Shown: positions 26,619 to 36,284 of the stretch, in pieces
Position numbering within the stretch: position 1 is the stretch's first letter
How the letters are laid out: each line of letters begins with the position of its first letter
DNA from: Gemmatimonadota bacterium
GTDB taxonomy: Bacteria > Gemmatimonadota > Gemmatimonadetes > Palauibacterales > Palauibacteraceae
Length of the DNA stretch: 64,000 bases
Assembly: GCA_035267645.1 (NCBI GenBank)
Contig: DATFLN010000034.1
Coordinates: forward strand, 100,505-164,504
Direction: 5' to 3'
Made by a program: the position numbers and the translations under genes
Notes under the pieces: generated by a model
The model's database searches: none
Told to the model about the DNA's origin: nothing
The model's input: the letters and a program-made list of their open reading frames with translations, nothing else

Positions 26619-26879
26619 ATGTACACGCTGATTCAGCCAGAAGACGACGGTCCGGTGACCTTCCGGACGCACGTGCCGCTCTCGGGACTCTCGCCCACGG
26701 ACGCTCGGCGGATCCTGGCGTCCCTGGAACCGCTCCTGGCCAAGCTCCGGGAGCGGGCGTCGTCGGAGAGGCCGGAGGAGGCCTCCGTGGTGGACCTGCC
26801 GGCGCCGCCGGCCGGGCGCCCGCGGGAGGGCGGCTCCGGAGATGCGGGTGCGGCGGGGGCCCGGGTCCGGGCCGGATGA
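26619..26879 (+). CDS. Small hypothetical protein (86 aa)
   Basis: ATG preceded by GAGGA and mostly G/C third positions (MYTLIQPEDDGPVTFRTHVPLSGLSPTDARRILASLEPLLAKLRER...). I recognised no family. Confidence 0.4.
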   Translation: MYTLIQPEDDGPVTFRTHVPLSGLSPTDARRILASLEPLLAKLRERASSERPEEASVVDLPAPPAGRPREGGSGDAGAAGARVRAG

Positions 26880-26897
26880 CCGGCCCGGACCCGGGCG

Positions 26898-28592
26898 TCA
26901 GTCCTCCCGCCCTCCGGCCACCTGCAGCGACCTGAGCCGGCTGGCCGCGGCCGCCAGCTCCTGCGGCCGGGGCATGGCCAGCTCGGGGGCATCCTCCACC
27001 GTGTGGAGGCCCTCGCGCAGCGCCGTCTCCACCGCCTCCCGCGCCAGCTCGGCCAGCGTCCGCTCGCCGTCGGCGCGCTCCCGCATGCCGTGGAGCATCC
27101 CCGCGATGGCGCGCGCCTGGCCGTAGTCCTCCAGCTGCTCGACCCCCGACAGGTCGAGGTCGGTCGCGCCGAGCTGGATCGTGTCCGTCCCCCGCGTGCG
27201 GATCTTCACCTTCCCGCCCCGCCGGGCGTCGAAGCTCCCGGGAAGGGGCCGGCGGTCCGAGGCCCGCAGCGGGTGCTCGGGCTCGCCGGTCCGCCGGCCC
27301 GTCGGGTGGGCGTCCGCCACCCTCCGCGCCTCCTGGCCCGCGTCCCGCGGCCGGTAGTCCTCCATGAGGATCACCGTGTCGGCCACGTCCAGGTAGTCGC
27401 CGCCCCCGCCGGTCACCAGGACCGTGCTCACCCCCGCCTCCAGGAGCTCCCGCACCCGGTCGATGAGGGGCGTGATCGTCTCCTGGCGCACCAGCTCCTG
27501 CATGCGCGCGTCCCGGACCATGAGGTTCGTGGCGCAGGTGTCCTCGTCCATGAGGAGGAGCGAGGTGCCGATCTCGAGCGCCTCCAGGATGGCGGCCGCC
27601 AGGCTCGTGCTCCCCGAAGCGTCGGTCGTCGTGAACCGGGCGGTGTCCCGGCCCAGCGGGAGGTCGTGGATGAAGGGCCGGAGGTCGAGCCCCGTCACCG
27701 CGCGTCCGTCCTCGCTGCGCACCTTGACCGCGTCCGGGCGGGTGACCACCCATTCCCGGCCGTCCCCCGGGACGTGCGCGAAGACGCCGTGCTGGAGAGC
27801 CTCGAGCACCGTGGTCTTGCCGTGGTAGCCGCCGCCCGTGATCACGGTCACCCCCTCGGGGATCCCCATCCCCTCGACCTCCCCGTGGTGGAGGGTGGGC
27901 AGCGAGACGCGGAGCCCGCCGGGCGCCTCGAACGGCACGGCGCCGTCCAGGGGCTCCTCGCTCACCCCGCTCCGGCGGGGGAGGAGGCTCCCGTCCCGGA
28001 TGAAGCCGACCAGGCCGCGCCCGGCCAGGACCTCCTGGAGGTGGGCGTGGTCCTCGCTCGTCTCGATCCACTCCCGCGCCAGGTCCCGGTCCAGGTGCTC
28101 CCAGCGGACCGCGTGGGCCGCGAGCGGCAGGTCCCGCGTGAGGAGGTCGGCGGCCGAGTGCCCGAAGCAGGTGCGTCCGCCGGCGGGGAGGCCCACGCGG
28201 AAGCGGAGGGTGAGGCCCTCGGGGCCGATCGTGCACCCCGAGCGCTCGACCACGATCGGGCCGTCGACGCTCACCCGCACCCGGCCGGACTTCCCCGAGC
28301 CCGGGACCGGCGGGAGCTTCCTGCACGCCTCGCGGAAGGCCCGCAGCACGAAGTCGCGCAGGCCCCGCTCGCGGGCCGGGGCGCTCCAGGCGTCGTCCGG
28401 GATGCCGTGCGTCCCGGGCGGGAGGTGGAAGCGGACCCGGCTCGGCGTGGCGTACGGATCCCCCTGCACGTGGTCGATGTGGAGCGTGAGGCCGTCGCCC
28501 TCCCAGGCCCCCCTCGACCGCTTGTAGGCGCCGTAGCCCGCCCCGTCGATCCCGTGGAGGAGCTCCGCCAGGTCCTCGAGGGTGCCCTGCAC
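26898..28592 (-). CDS. ABC-class ATPase domain protein (predicted ATPase of the ABC class, PF09818-like)
   Basis: 564 aa. N-terminus YGAYKRSRGAW...HIDHVQGDPYATPSRVR, Walker A-like ITGGGYHGKTTVLEAL, and SLLLMDEDTCATN (Walker B-like). Confidence 0.8.
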   Translation of the reverse strand: MQGTLEDLAELLHGIDGAGYGAYKRSRGAWEGDGLTLHIDHVQGDPYATPSRVRFHLPPGTHGIPDDAWSAPARERGLRDFVLRAFREACRKLPPVPGSGKSGRVRVSVDGPIVVERSGCTIGPEGLTLRFRVGLPAGGRTCFGHSAADLLTRDLPLAAHAVRWEHLDRDLAREWIETSEDHAHLQEVLAGRGLVGFIRDGSLLPRRSGVSEEPLDGAVPFEAPGGLRVSLPTLHHGEVEGMGIPEGVTVITGGGYHGKTTVLEALQHGVFAHVPGDGREWVVTRPDAVKVRSEDGRAVTGLDLRPFIHDLPLGRDTARFTTTDASGSTSLAAAILEALEIGTSLLLMDEDTCATNLMVRDARMQELVRQETITPLIDRVRELLEAGVSTVLVTGGGGDYLDVADTVILMEDYRPRDAGQEARRVADAHPTGRRTGEPEHPLRASDRRPLPGSFDARRGGKVKIRTRGTDTIQLGATDLDLSGVEQLEDYGQARAIAGMLHGMRERADGERTLAELAREAVETALREGLHTVEDAPELAMPRPQELAAAASRLRSLQVAGGRED

Positions 28593-28605
28593 GACGGCTC
28601 CCGGG

Positions 28606-29610
28606 CTACGCCAGCCGGACGCCGGTCTCCCGGAGCGCCTCCACGATGCGCTTCCCGTGGTGGCGTCCGTTCTCGATGAAGATCCGGTTGGCGTCGTTCC
28701 CGGCGGTGAGGACGCCGGCCACGTACACGCCGGGGACGGGGGTCTCCAGCGTGTCGGGGTCGTGCTCGGGCACCCCGGTCTCGGGGTCGATCGGGACGCC
28801 CAGGTCCCGCAGGAGGCCCGGGCGGGCGTGCCAGCCCGTCATCGCGAACACCCAGTCGTTGTCGATCTCCTCCGCCTCGCCCGAGTCCACGTCCCGGAGG
28901 ACCACCGTGCCGGGCGTGATGCGCTCCACCCGCGTCGCCCAGCGCACCGGGATCTGCCCCTTCGCGAACCGGTTGCGGATGTCCGGGAGCACCCAGGGCT
29001 TCACCCCGGGGTCGAGCTCCCGGGCGAAGTGGACGAAGGTGACCCGCGCGCCGGCGCGCCACAGCTCGAGCGCGGCCTCGACCGCCGAGTTCCCGCCCCC
29101 CACCGTGATCACGTCCTGGCGCCAGTAGGGGTGGGGCTCGTCGTACCGGTGCGTCACCTTGGGGAGGTCCTCGCCCGGGGCCCCGATCGGGTTCGGGGCG
29201 TCGAAGCTCCCCGTGGCGACGACCACCGCCCGGGCGCGCGTCTCCCGCTCGCGGCCGGCGCGGTCCCGGCTCGCGAGCCGGAAGTCCCCCTCCTCGCCCT
29301 CCACCGAGACGACCTCCTCGAACTGGCGCACGTCCAGCTCGAAGTACTCCGCCGCGCGCCGATAGTAGGCCAGCGCCTCCTCCCGGGTGGGCTTGCCGCG
29401 CTCGATCGGGAAGGGGAGCCCCCCGATCTCGAGGCGGTCGGCGGTGCTGAAGAAGGTCATGTAGGGTCCGTACTCCCGGACGATCGTGGCCGTGAGCGGC
29501 CCGCGCTCGAACAGGGTGCAGCGGAGGCCCGCCCCGCGCGCGGCCGCACCCACGGCCAGCCCGCACGGGCCCGCTCCCACCACCGCCAGGTCCAGCATAT
29601 CGTCGCTCAT
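28606..29610 (-). CDS. ypdA: YpdA-family FAD/NAD(P)-binding disulfide reductase (putative bacillithiol disulfide reductase)
   Basis: Colinear with Bacillus YpdA as I recall it: VVGAGPCGLA, MTFFS, LPKVTHRYDEPHPY, VGGGNSAVEAALEL, KPWVLPD, NDWVFAMTGW, AGVLTAGNDANRIFIENGRHHG. The ATG at 29610 overlaps the upstream gene's stop (ATGA). Confidence 0.88.
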   Translation of the reverse strand: MSDDMLDLAVVGAGPCGLAVGAAARGAGLRCTLFERGPLTATIVREYGPYMTFFSTADRLEIGGLPFPIERGKPTREEALAYYRRAAEYFELDVRQFEEVVSVEGEEGDFRLASRDRAGRERETRARAVVVATGSFDAPNPIGAPGEDLPKVTHRYDEPHPYWRQDVITVGGGNSAVEAALELWRAGARVTFVHFARELDPGVKPWVLPDIRNRFAKGQIPVRWATRVERITPGTVVLRDVDSGEAEEIDNDWVFAMTGWHARPGLLRDLGVPIDPETGVPEHDPDTLETPVPGVYVAGVLTAGNDANRIFIENGRHHGKRIVEALRETGVRLA

Positions 29611-31796
29611 GGCTGCTCGGCACGCTCCGCACGGAAGGTGCCGCGGGGCTGCTCGAGGAGGACCGCCGCGACCTTCCCGTCCTTCTCGACGAACCGCGCG
29701 CTGTAGCCGGAGAGGCCGCGCAGGTCGAAGACGTCCTCCCGGCGCGGGACGAGCTCGTACAGGGGCTGGCCCGGGGTCTCGAGCACCAGGTGGTCCCCCC
29801 GCAGGGCCACGACGACCTGGAAGCTCTGGAGGTCGTAGATCCCCACGTAGCGCTGCAGCCAGGCGGGATCCCTCATGCGCTCGGGTGCCCGCCGCCCGAA
29901 GCTCACCGCCGGGACGGCCGGGTCCATCGGGGCCGACACCGTGGAGATCCGCCCCCGGAGGTCGGTCCCGAACTGGAAGGTGATCCCCTTCAGCGGATCG
30001 TCGGTGGCCCGCCACACGTCCAGGGTGACGTGCTCGAGCCGCGAGGAGAGCGAGTGGTAGGAGACCCGGAGTCCGACGGAGTCCGCGGAGATCCGGAGCG
30101 GGCCGTAGGCCGAGTCGGCGTAGGTCCCGGCGTAGTCGGAGCGCGGGTGGGTGGCCGGGAGCCCCGCGGCGCCCGTCCCGGCCGCGGCCCCCTCGCGGCT
30201 TCGCTCCCGTGCCGCCTCGGCGCGCTCCTGGAGGGCCTGGAAGCGGCCGTTCCAGTCGGCGGGCACCGTCCCCAGGAGCCGGTCCAGGGCCGTGAGCTCC
30301 ACGGCCACGGGGAGCTCCGTGCCGTTCAGGTTCGAGAGCACCACGACGCCGATCCCGAGGTCGGGAAGGAACCCGACCTCGGCCGAGAAGCCGTCGATGT
30401 TGCCCCCGTGGTGCAGGAACCGGTGGCCGCGGAAGGTCTGGACGAACCACCCCGAGCCGTAGTCCAGATCGGGCATCTCCGGCTGGCCGAGGAGGAGCCG
30501 GAAGACCTTCGAGTCGACGACCACCTGCGGCCGGTGGGTCTCCTCCAGCGTGGCCCGGGTGACGATGCTCCGGCCCTCCCAGCTCCCGTTCCCGAGCTGG
30601 AAGCGGAGCCAGCGGGCCATGTCGTGGGCGGTGGAGTTGATCGAGCCCGCCGGGCCGATCGCGTCGATGTCCCGGTAGGGCATGCGCACCGGGGCCTTCA
30701 CCGAGCTGTCGTCCGGGCTCGGCTTCAGCTCGTAGCCGAGCGCGTGGTCGTCGGTGGCCCGCAGGCTGTCGACCGACAGGCTCGTCTCCTCCATGGCCAG
30801 GGGCCCGAGGATGCGGGCGCGGAGCTGCGCCTCCCACGTCGACCCCGTCACCTGCCCGGCCAGCCAGCCGGCGGTCACGTACATGAGGTTCTGGTACTGG
30901 AAGTGGGTCCGGAAGTCCTCGCTCGGCTCCAGCCAGCGCAGGCGCCGGATCAGCTCGGGTCGCGACAGGTCGGATCCGTACCACAGGAGGTCGTGCCGCG
31001 GGAGGCCCGAGCGGTGGGTGAGGAGGTCGCGGGGCGTCATGCGCTCCGTGGCGAACTCGTCCTCCATCCGGAACGAGGGGAGCCAGGTGCGGACCGGCGT
31101 GTCCCAGTCCAGGAGCCCGTCGTCGACGAGCGTTCCCACCAGGAGCGCGGTGAACGCCTTGGTGGTCGAGCCGATCGGGAAGCCGGTGTGGGCGGTGACC
31201 GGGTCGCCTCCCTCCACGTCCCTCAGGCCGTAGCCCTGCTCGAGCACGACCTTTCCGTCGGCCACGATGGCCACCGCCGCGCCCGGCACCTTCCAGCTCC
31301 GGAGGCTGCTCCGTACGAAGTCGCCGAAGCCCTCCAGCGCGGCCTCGGGCGAGGGGAGGGCGCGCGCCGCCGCGGGCGGGCCCGTCCGCGCCAGGTGGAA
31401 CGGGACGTCCAGCCGGCCCTGGGTGAAGGTGCCCGACAGGCTGTCGCCCCCGGCCGTGACCCGGCCCCGGAACACCGGGGATCCCGCCACTCCCTCCAGG
31501 CCGAAGCGCACCGAGTCGCCCTCGACGGCCAGGTCCGAGACGGGGCGTCCCGTGACGCCCTGCGCCGGGATGTCGATCGTCCCGCTCCAGGCCCCGCCCC
31601 GACGCCAGAGGTCGACGGCGATCTCGAGCGGCGAGCCCGGCGTCAGAATGCTCCCCTCCCAGTGCGCCGCGGCCGGGGCCGTGTCCGCGGCCGCCGACTG
31701 CGCGGCGGCGGGCACGGCCGCGACGGCGACCAGGACGGCCGCGAGAGCCGCGGCGGCGGCGTGGCGGCGGGCGCGGTGCGGGAGGCCTGGTGTCAT
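29607..31796 (-). CDS. Secreted serine hydrolase of the beta-lactamase / penicillin-binding-protein (class C-like) family with extra N- and C-terminal domains
   Basis: In-frame ATG at 31796 (MTPGLPHRARRHAAAAALAAVLVAVAAVPAAAQ signal peptide). SxxK motif in FPIGSTTKAFTALLVG. LTHRSGLP and HHGGNIDGF blocks. Confidence 0.85.
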   Translation of the reverse strand: MTPGLPHRARRHAAAAALAAVLVAVAAVPAAAQSAAADTAPAAAHWEGSILTPGSPLEIAVDLWRRGGAWSGTIDIPAQGVTGRPVSDLAVEGDSVRFGLEGVAGSPVFRGRVTAGGDSLSGTFTQGRLDVPFHLARTGPPAAARALPSPEAALEGFGDFVRSSLRSWKVPGAAVAIVADGKVVLEQGYGLRDVEGGDPVTAHTGFPIGSTTKAFTALLVGTLVDDGLLDWDTPVRTWLPSFRMEDEFATERMTPRDLLTHRSGLPRHDLLWYGSDLSRPELIRRLRWLEPSEDFRTHFQYQNLMYVTAGWLAGQVTGSTWEAQLRARILGPLAMEETSLSVDSLRATDDHALGYELKPSPDDSSVKAPVRMPYRDIDAIGPAGSINSTAHDMARWLRFQLGNGSWEGRSIVTRATLEETHRPQVVVDSKVFRLLLGQPEMPDLDYGSGWFVQTFRGHRFLHHGGNIDGFSAEVGFLPDLGIGVVVLSNLNGTELPVAVELTALDRLLGTVPADWNGRFQALQERAEAARERSREGAAAGTGAAGLPATHPRSDYAGTYADSAYGPLRISADSVGLRVSYHSLSSRLEHVTLDVWRATDDPLKGITFQFGTDLRGRISTVSAPMDPAVPAVSFGRRAPERMRDPAWLQRYVGIYDLQSFQVVVALRGDHLVLETPGQPLYELVPRREDVFDLRGLSGYSARFVEKDGKVAAVLLEQPRGTFRAERAEQP

Positions 31797-31902
31797 ACGC
31801 GGGTCTCCGGGCTCGGGGACGGGCTGGGCCGGGGCCGAGCGCGCTCCGGCAGCGGCAAGGAAAGGTATCCCGGGCGGCGCGGCAAGCGGCGGGGAAGACC
31901 CC

Positions 31903-32556
31903 TCAGGAGCCCGCGCGCCGCAGCTCTCCGTAGGCGTAGCGCCACCCGAAGCGCTCCAGGACCTCCAGGAGGCGCACGACCGGGAGGCCCATGACGGCAA
32001 AGAAGTCCCCCTCGATCCCCTCGACGAGCGCGGCGCCCCGGGCCTGGATCCCGTAGCCTCCCGCCTTGTCGAGCGGCTCGCCGGTTGCCGCGTACTCCCG
32101 GAGCTCGGCGTCGGACAGCCGCCGGAAGCGGACCCGCGTGACCTCCACGGCCGCCTCGGTCCGCTCGGGCGTGGCGACCGCCACGCCCGTGCACACCAGG
32201 TGCTCCCGGCCCGAGAGCCGCCGCAGCATGGAGACGGCCTCCCGGGGGGATCCGGGCTTCTCCAGGATCTCGTCCCCGAGCGCGACGATCGTGTCGGCGG
32301 CCAGGACCAGCGCGCCCTCGCGCGCCGCCGACTCGGCCTTCTCCCGGGCCAGCCGCTCGGCGGCCTCCCGGGCGCCCTCCCCGGGCCGAAGGGTCTCGTC
32401 GATCCCCGCCGGGTCCACCTCGAAGGCCAGGCCGAGCCTGCGGAGGATCTCGGCCCGCCGCGGCGAGCGGGAGGCGAGGACGAGCCGGGGGGCGCCGCTC
32501 GTCCCGCCGCGCCCGGAGCCCGTGCCGGGGGCGCTGCCGGAGCCCGTGCCGCTCAC
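31903..32556 (-). CDS. maf: Maf-like nucleoside triphosphate pyrophosphatase (septum formation protein Maf)
   Basis: Blocks LVLASRSPRRAEILRRLG, LAADTIV, KAGGYGIQ and GDFFAVMGLP. The GTG at 32556 overlaps the trmFO stop (GTGA). The N-terminal part of track ORF 31903..33747 is a shadow of trmFO. Confidence 0.88.
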   Translation of the reverse strand: MSGTGSGSAPGTGSGRGGTSGAPRLVLASRSPRRAEILRRLGLAFEVDPAGIDETLRPGEGAREAAERLAREKAESAAREGALVLAADTIVALGDEILEKPGSPREAVSMLRRLSGREHLVCTGVAVATPERTEAAVEVTRVRFRRLSDAELREYAATGEPLDKAGGYGIQARGAALVEGIEGDFFAVMGLPVVRLLEVLERFGWRYAYGELRRAGS

Positions 32557-33899
32557 GCGGGCGCGGCGGCCCCGCCGGGGGCGTCGACCCGCGCGATCCC
32601 GCGCCGGGCCATCCACGCCCGCAGGTCCTCGATGGCCCGCGCGGCCAGCCGCGCCCGCCGCTCGTCCCGCTTCCGGACCCGCTCGGGAAGAGGGTCCACC
32701 AGGCCCCAGTTCGAGTTCATCGGCTGGAAGGCCTCGGGGTCGGCCTCGCGCAGGTGTCGGAGCAGCCCGCCCAGCATGGTCGTGGGCGGAGGGAGGGCGG
32801 GCTCGAGGCCGGCCAGGAGCCGGTCCAGCGTGATCCCCGCCACGAGCCCGCTCGCCGCGGACTCGACGTAGCCCTCCACGCCGGTGAGCTGTCCCGCGAA
32901 GACCAGGTCCTCCCGGCCCGGGGGCGAGCCCCAGGGCGTGAGGCAGCGCGGGAAGTTCAGGTAGCTGTTCCGGTGGATTCCGCCCCAGCGCAAGAACTCC
33001 GCGCGGCCCAGCCCCGGGACGAGCCGGAAGACGCTCGCCTGCTCCCCGTGGCGGAGCCGCGTCTGGAAGCCGACCAGGTTCCACATGCGCCCGGCCCTGT
33101 CCTCCCGCCGGAGCTGCACGACCGCGTGCGGCCGCTCCCCGGTCCGGGGGTCCTGGAGGCCGATGGGCTTCATGGGGCCGTAGCGCAGCGTCTCGCGCCC
33201 GCGCGCCGCCATGACCTCGATCGGGAGGCACCCCTCGAAGTAGGGGATCGCCTCCCAGGCGTGGCCGGGGTACGCGTCCGCCCCGAGGAGCGCGTCCAGG
33301 AACCGCTCGTACGCCTCGCGGTCCATGGGGCAGTTCAGGTAGTCGTCGGACTCCTCGAAGCGCCCGGCCGCGAACACGACCTCCTCGTCGAGCGAGTCCC
33401 GCGAGACGATGGGGGAGAGCGCGTCGAAGAAGGCGAGGCCTCCGTCCCCGAGGAGCGCGGCGATCGCCTTCGACAGGGCATCGGAGGTGAGGGGGCCGGT
33501 GGCCACGACGGCGGGACCCTCCGGGAGCGAGGTCCGCTCCTCCCGGACGAGCTCGATGCGGGGGTGGGCCTCGACGACCTCCGTCACCGCCCGCGCGAAC
33601 CCCTCCCGGTCCACGGCCAGGGCGGAGCCGGCCGGCACCCGGGCGCGGTCGGCGCAGGCCAGGAAGAGGGAGCCCAGCGCCCGCATCTCCCGCTTGAGCT
33701 CGCCGTGCGCGTTGGACGGGTCCTCGGACTTGAAGGAGTTCGAGCACACCAGCTCCCCCAGGAGGTCCGTCCGGTGGGCCGGCGTGGCCGCCGCGGGCCG
33801 CATCTCGACGAGAAGGACGCGCCGCCCCCGCTCCGCCAGGCCCCAGGCGGCCTCGCTCCCGGCCAGGCCGCCGCCGACCACCGTGACGTCCGGGCTCAC
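32553..33899 (-). CDS. trmFO: Methylenetetrahydrofolate--tRNA-(uracil-5-)-methyltransferase TrmFO
   Basis: 448 aa. Blocks VVGGGLAGSEAAW, ELVCSNSFK, FFDALSPIV, YLNCPM and FAGQLTGVEGYVESAASG. Confidence 0.93.
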   Translation of the reverse strand: MSPDVTVVGGGLAGSEAAWGLAERGRRVLLVEMRPAAATPAHRTDLLGELVCSNSFKSEDPSNAHGELKREMRALGSLFLACADRARVPAGSALAVDREGFARAVTEVVEAHPRIELVREERTSLPEGPAVVATGPLTSDALSKAIAALLGDGGLAFFDALSPIVSRDSLDEEVVFAAGRFEESDDYLNCPMDREAYERFLDALLGADAYPGHAWEAIPYFEGCLPIEVMAARGRETLRYGPMKPIGLQDPRTGERPHAVVQLRREDRAGRMWNLVGFQTRLRHGEQASVFRLVPGLGRAEFLRWGGIHRNSYLNFPRCLTPWGSPPGREDLVFAGQLTGVEGYVESAASGLVAGITLDRLLAGLEPALPPPTTMLGGLLRHLREADPEAFQPMNSNWGLVDPLPERVRKRDERRARLAARAIEDLRAWMARRGIARVDAPGGAAAPA

Positions 33900-33972
33900 G
33901 CGCCGCCCGGCGGGGGAGCCGCCGCGTCCCCGGCCCTCGTTCGCTCCCGGGCCCTCGTTCGCTCCCGGGCCG

Positions 33973-36114
33973 TCATTCGCTCCCGGACCGGTAGCGCTCG
34001 AACCACCCCAGGATGTAGGCGGTCTTGGCCACCAGGTTGCTGGGCTTCCCGGCGATCTCGTGCGAGGCGTCCGGGATGCGGACGAGGGCCGAGGGGACCT
34101 TCCGAAGCTTGAGGGCCTGGTAGAACTGGTAGGCCTCGCCGCTCGGCGTCCGGTAGTCCACGCCGCCGGTCATGACCATGGTGGGCGTCGTGACGTTCCC
34201 CGCGTACGTGATCGGGGAGTGCTCCATGTAGTTCCGCAGGTTGTCCCACGGGTAGCCCGAGAACCAGTACTCGAGCCCGAACAGGGACATGTCGGCCGTG
34301 AGCACCCAGCTGTACCAGTTGATGACGGGCTTGGCGACCACCGCAGCCCGGAAGCGGTCGGTGTGGCCCACCGTCCAGGCCGTGAGGACGCCGCCGCCCG
34401 AGCCGCCCGTGACGTAGAGGCTGTCCCGGCTCACGTACCCCTCCTCGAGGACCGCGTCCACGCCGGACATCAGGTCCTGGTAGTCGTGGTCCGGGTAGTC
34501 CAGGTGGATCGAGTTCCCGAACGCCTCCCCGTAGCTCGTCGAGCCGCGCGGGTTCACGTACAGGACCACGTACCCGCGCGCCGCGTACAGCTGGTCCTCG
34601 GCCGCGAACCGGTCCCCGTAGTTGGCGTACGGGCCGCCGTGGATCTCCAGGACCAGCGGGTACGTCCGCGACGGGTCGAACCCGGGCGGCTGCAGGACCC
34701 AGCCCTGGATCTCCTTCCCGTCGTAGGAGGACGTGAACGTGATCGCGTGGCCCTCGGCCAGCTCCCGGTGCCCGAGGACGTCGTCGTTGAGCCGGGTGAG
34801 CCGCCTCACGCCCGAGGGCCCGGCCTTCCGGCTCCCCACGGCCACGTCGGCCGGGTGGTCGTAGAGGGTGTGTGTGAACGCCAAGCGGCCGGTGGAGGGG
34901 GAGACGCTGTAGGACCCGCCGCCGTACGGCCGGCCGATCGACAGGCCGCCCACGTGCTCGGCCAGGGCGGTGACCTTCCCGTCCAGAGTCACGAAGCCGA
35001 CCTTCGTGTCGCCCCGGTCGTCGTACTGGACGTACAGCCCGCTCCCGTCGGCCGCCCACACAGGATTCCCCACGCTCCGGTCGAAGTCGCCGGTGACGAC
35101 CCGCGCGCCCGAGCCGTCGGCGCCCATGACGTAGAGCCGCCGGACCTGGTAGCCCTGGTAGCGCTCGTCGTAGCCCAGGTAGGCGATCTTCGCGCCGTCC
35201 GGCGAGACCGCCGGGCTCGCGTCGGGGCCGTGCCGGTCGGTGAGGGCGCGCACCTGGCCGCCCGCCGCCGGGACCGCGTACACCTCGGAGTTCGCCGGGT
35301 CGTAGTCGGCGTCCTCGTGCCGGTTCCCCGAGAACACCAGGGTCTTCCCGTCCGGCGTCCAGGTCGGGGCGCCGTCGTCGTACGGCCCGCCGGTGACCCG
35401 CCGGGGCGTGCCGCCCTCGGCGGGGAGGACGAACACGTGCGTGTGGCCGTGCGGGAGGAGCCCCTGCCCGTTCTGCCGCCAGTGCACCCGGTCGATGACC
35501 TCGATCGGCGGCCCCCAGTCCGCGCCCTTCGGCGGCGCGGGCATGTCCGCGATCGGCTTCGGACCCGGCCCCTCCACGAACTTCGCGAAGGCGAGGCGCG
35601 TGCCGTCCGGGGACCAGGCGAGCCCCCGCGGCCCGTGCCGGAGCGTGGCGAGAACGGCCTCCTGGCCGGTGTCCATCCACCGCACCCGGATCTCAGCGCC
35701 CTCCTCGCCGCGGGCCACGTAGGCCAGCCGGGAGCCGTCGGGGGACCAGGCGGGCGAGGAGGCCCCGCGCTCCCCGTCGCTCAGGGGGCGCAGGTGCGAG
35801 CCGTCGGCGTCCACGACCCACAGGCTCGTGCGCTCGCGGTCCTTCAGGACGTCGAAGCCGTTCCGCACGAAGGCGATCCTGGAGCCGTCCGGCGAGATCT
35901 GCGGGTCCGAGGCCCACTCCAGGTCGAAGACGTCCATGTAGGACAAGCGAGCGGTGTCGGCCAAGGCGGCGCCCGCGTCGGGGGCGGGGCGCCCCGCGGC
36001 CGCGGGCCCGGCGGGCCGGGGCCCCGCGGCCGAGGCCACGGCCGGCGCGGCCCGCACCGCGCCGGCCAGGGTCACGACGAGGGCGAGCGGCAGGCAGCGC
36101 ATCAGGCGTCGCAT
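33973..36114 (-). CDS. S9 family serine peptidase (acylaminoacyl-peptidase type) with N-terminal propeller
   Basis: Signal peptide, SPDG propeller repeats, LEIHGGP, nucleophile elbow TGGSGGG, and a C-terminal DYRTP...SHE catalytic region. Confidence 0.9.
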   Translation of the reverse strand: MRRLMRCLPLALVVTLAGAVRAAPAVASAAGPRPAGPAAAGRPAPDAGAALADTARLSYMDVFDLEWASDPQISPDGSRIAFVRNGFDVLKDRERTSLWVVDADGSHLRPLSDGERGASSPAWSPDGSRLAYVARGEEGAEIRVRWMDTGQEAVLATLRHGPRGLAWSPDGTRLAFAKFVEGPGPKPIADMPAPPKGADWGPPIEVIDRVHWRQNGQGLLPHGHTHVFVLPAEGGTPRRVTGGPYDDGAPTWTPDGKTLVFSGNRHEDADYDPANSEVYAVPAAGGQVRALTDRHGPDASPAVSPDGAKIAYLGYDERYQGYQVRRLYVMGADGSGARVVTGDFDRSVGNPVWAADGSGLYVQYDDRGDTKVGFVTLDGKVTALAEHVGGLSIGRPYGGGSYSVSPSTGRLAFTHTLYDHPADVAVGSRKAGPSGVRRLTRLNDDVLGHRELAEGHAITFTSSYDGKEIQGWVLQPPGFDPSRTYPLVLEIHGGPYANYGDRFAAEDQLYAARGYVVLYVNPRGSTSYGEAFGNSIHLDYPDHDYQDLMSGVDAVLEEGYVSRDSLYVTGGSGGGVLTAWTVGHTDRFRAAVVAKPVINWYSWVLTADMSLFGLEYWFSGYPWDNLRNYMEHSPITYAGNVTTPTMVMTGGVDYRTPSGEAYQFYQALKLRKVPSALVRIPDASHEIAGKPSNLVAKTAYILGWFERYRSGSE

Positions 36115-36284
36115 GAAGCCTCTCCTCGGTTCTCGGGAGTCGGTCGCGGATCATGGTCATAGGCGTGCCCGGTGGGACGGGCAAGGGAAGGGCTCCGCCG
36201 CGCGGGGCGGGGCGGCCCGGTCCATGCACGGCTCTCCCCCGGGCCGCGCGACAGCCAGGCTCCGGCACGCCATGGGGAGGCCAC

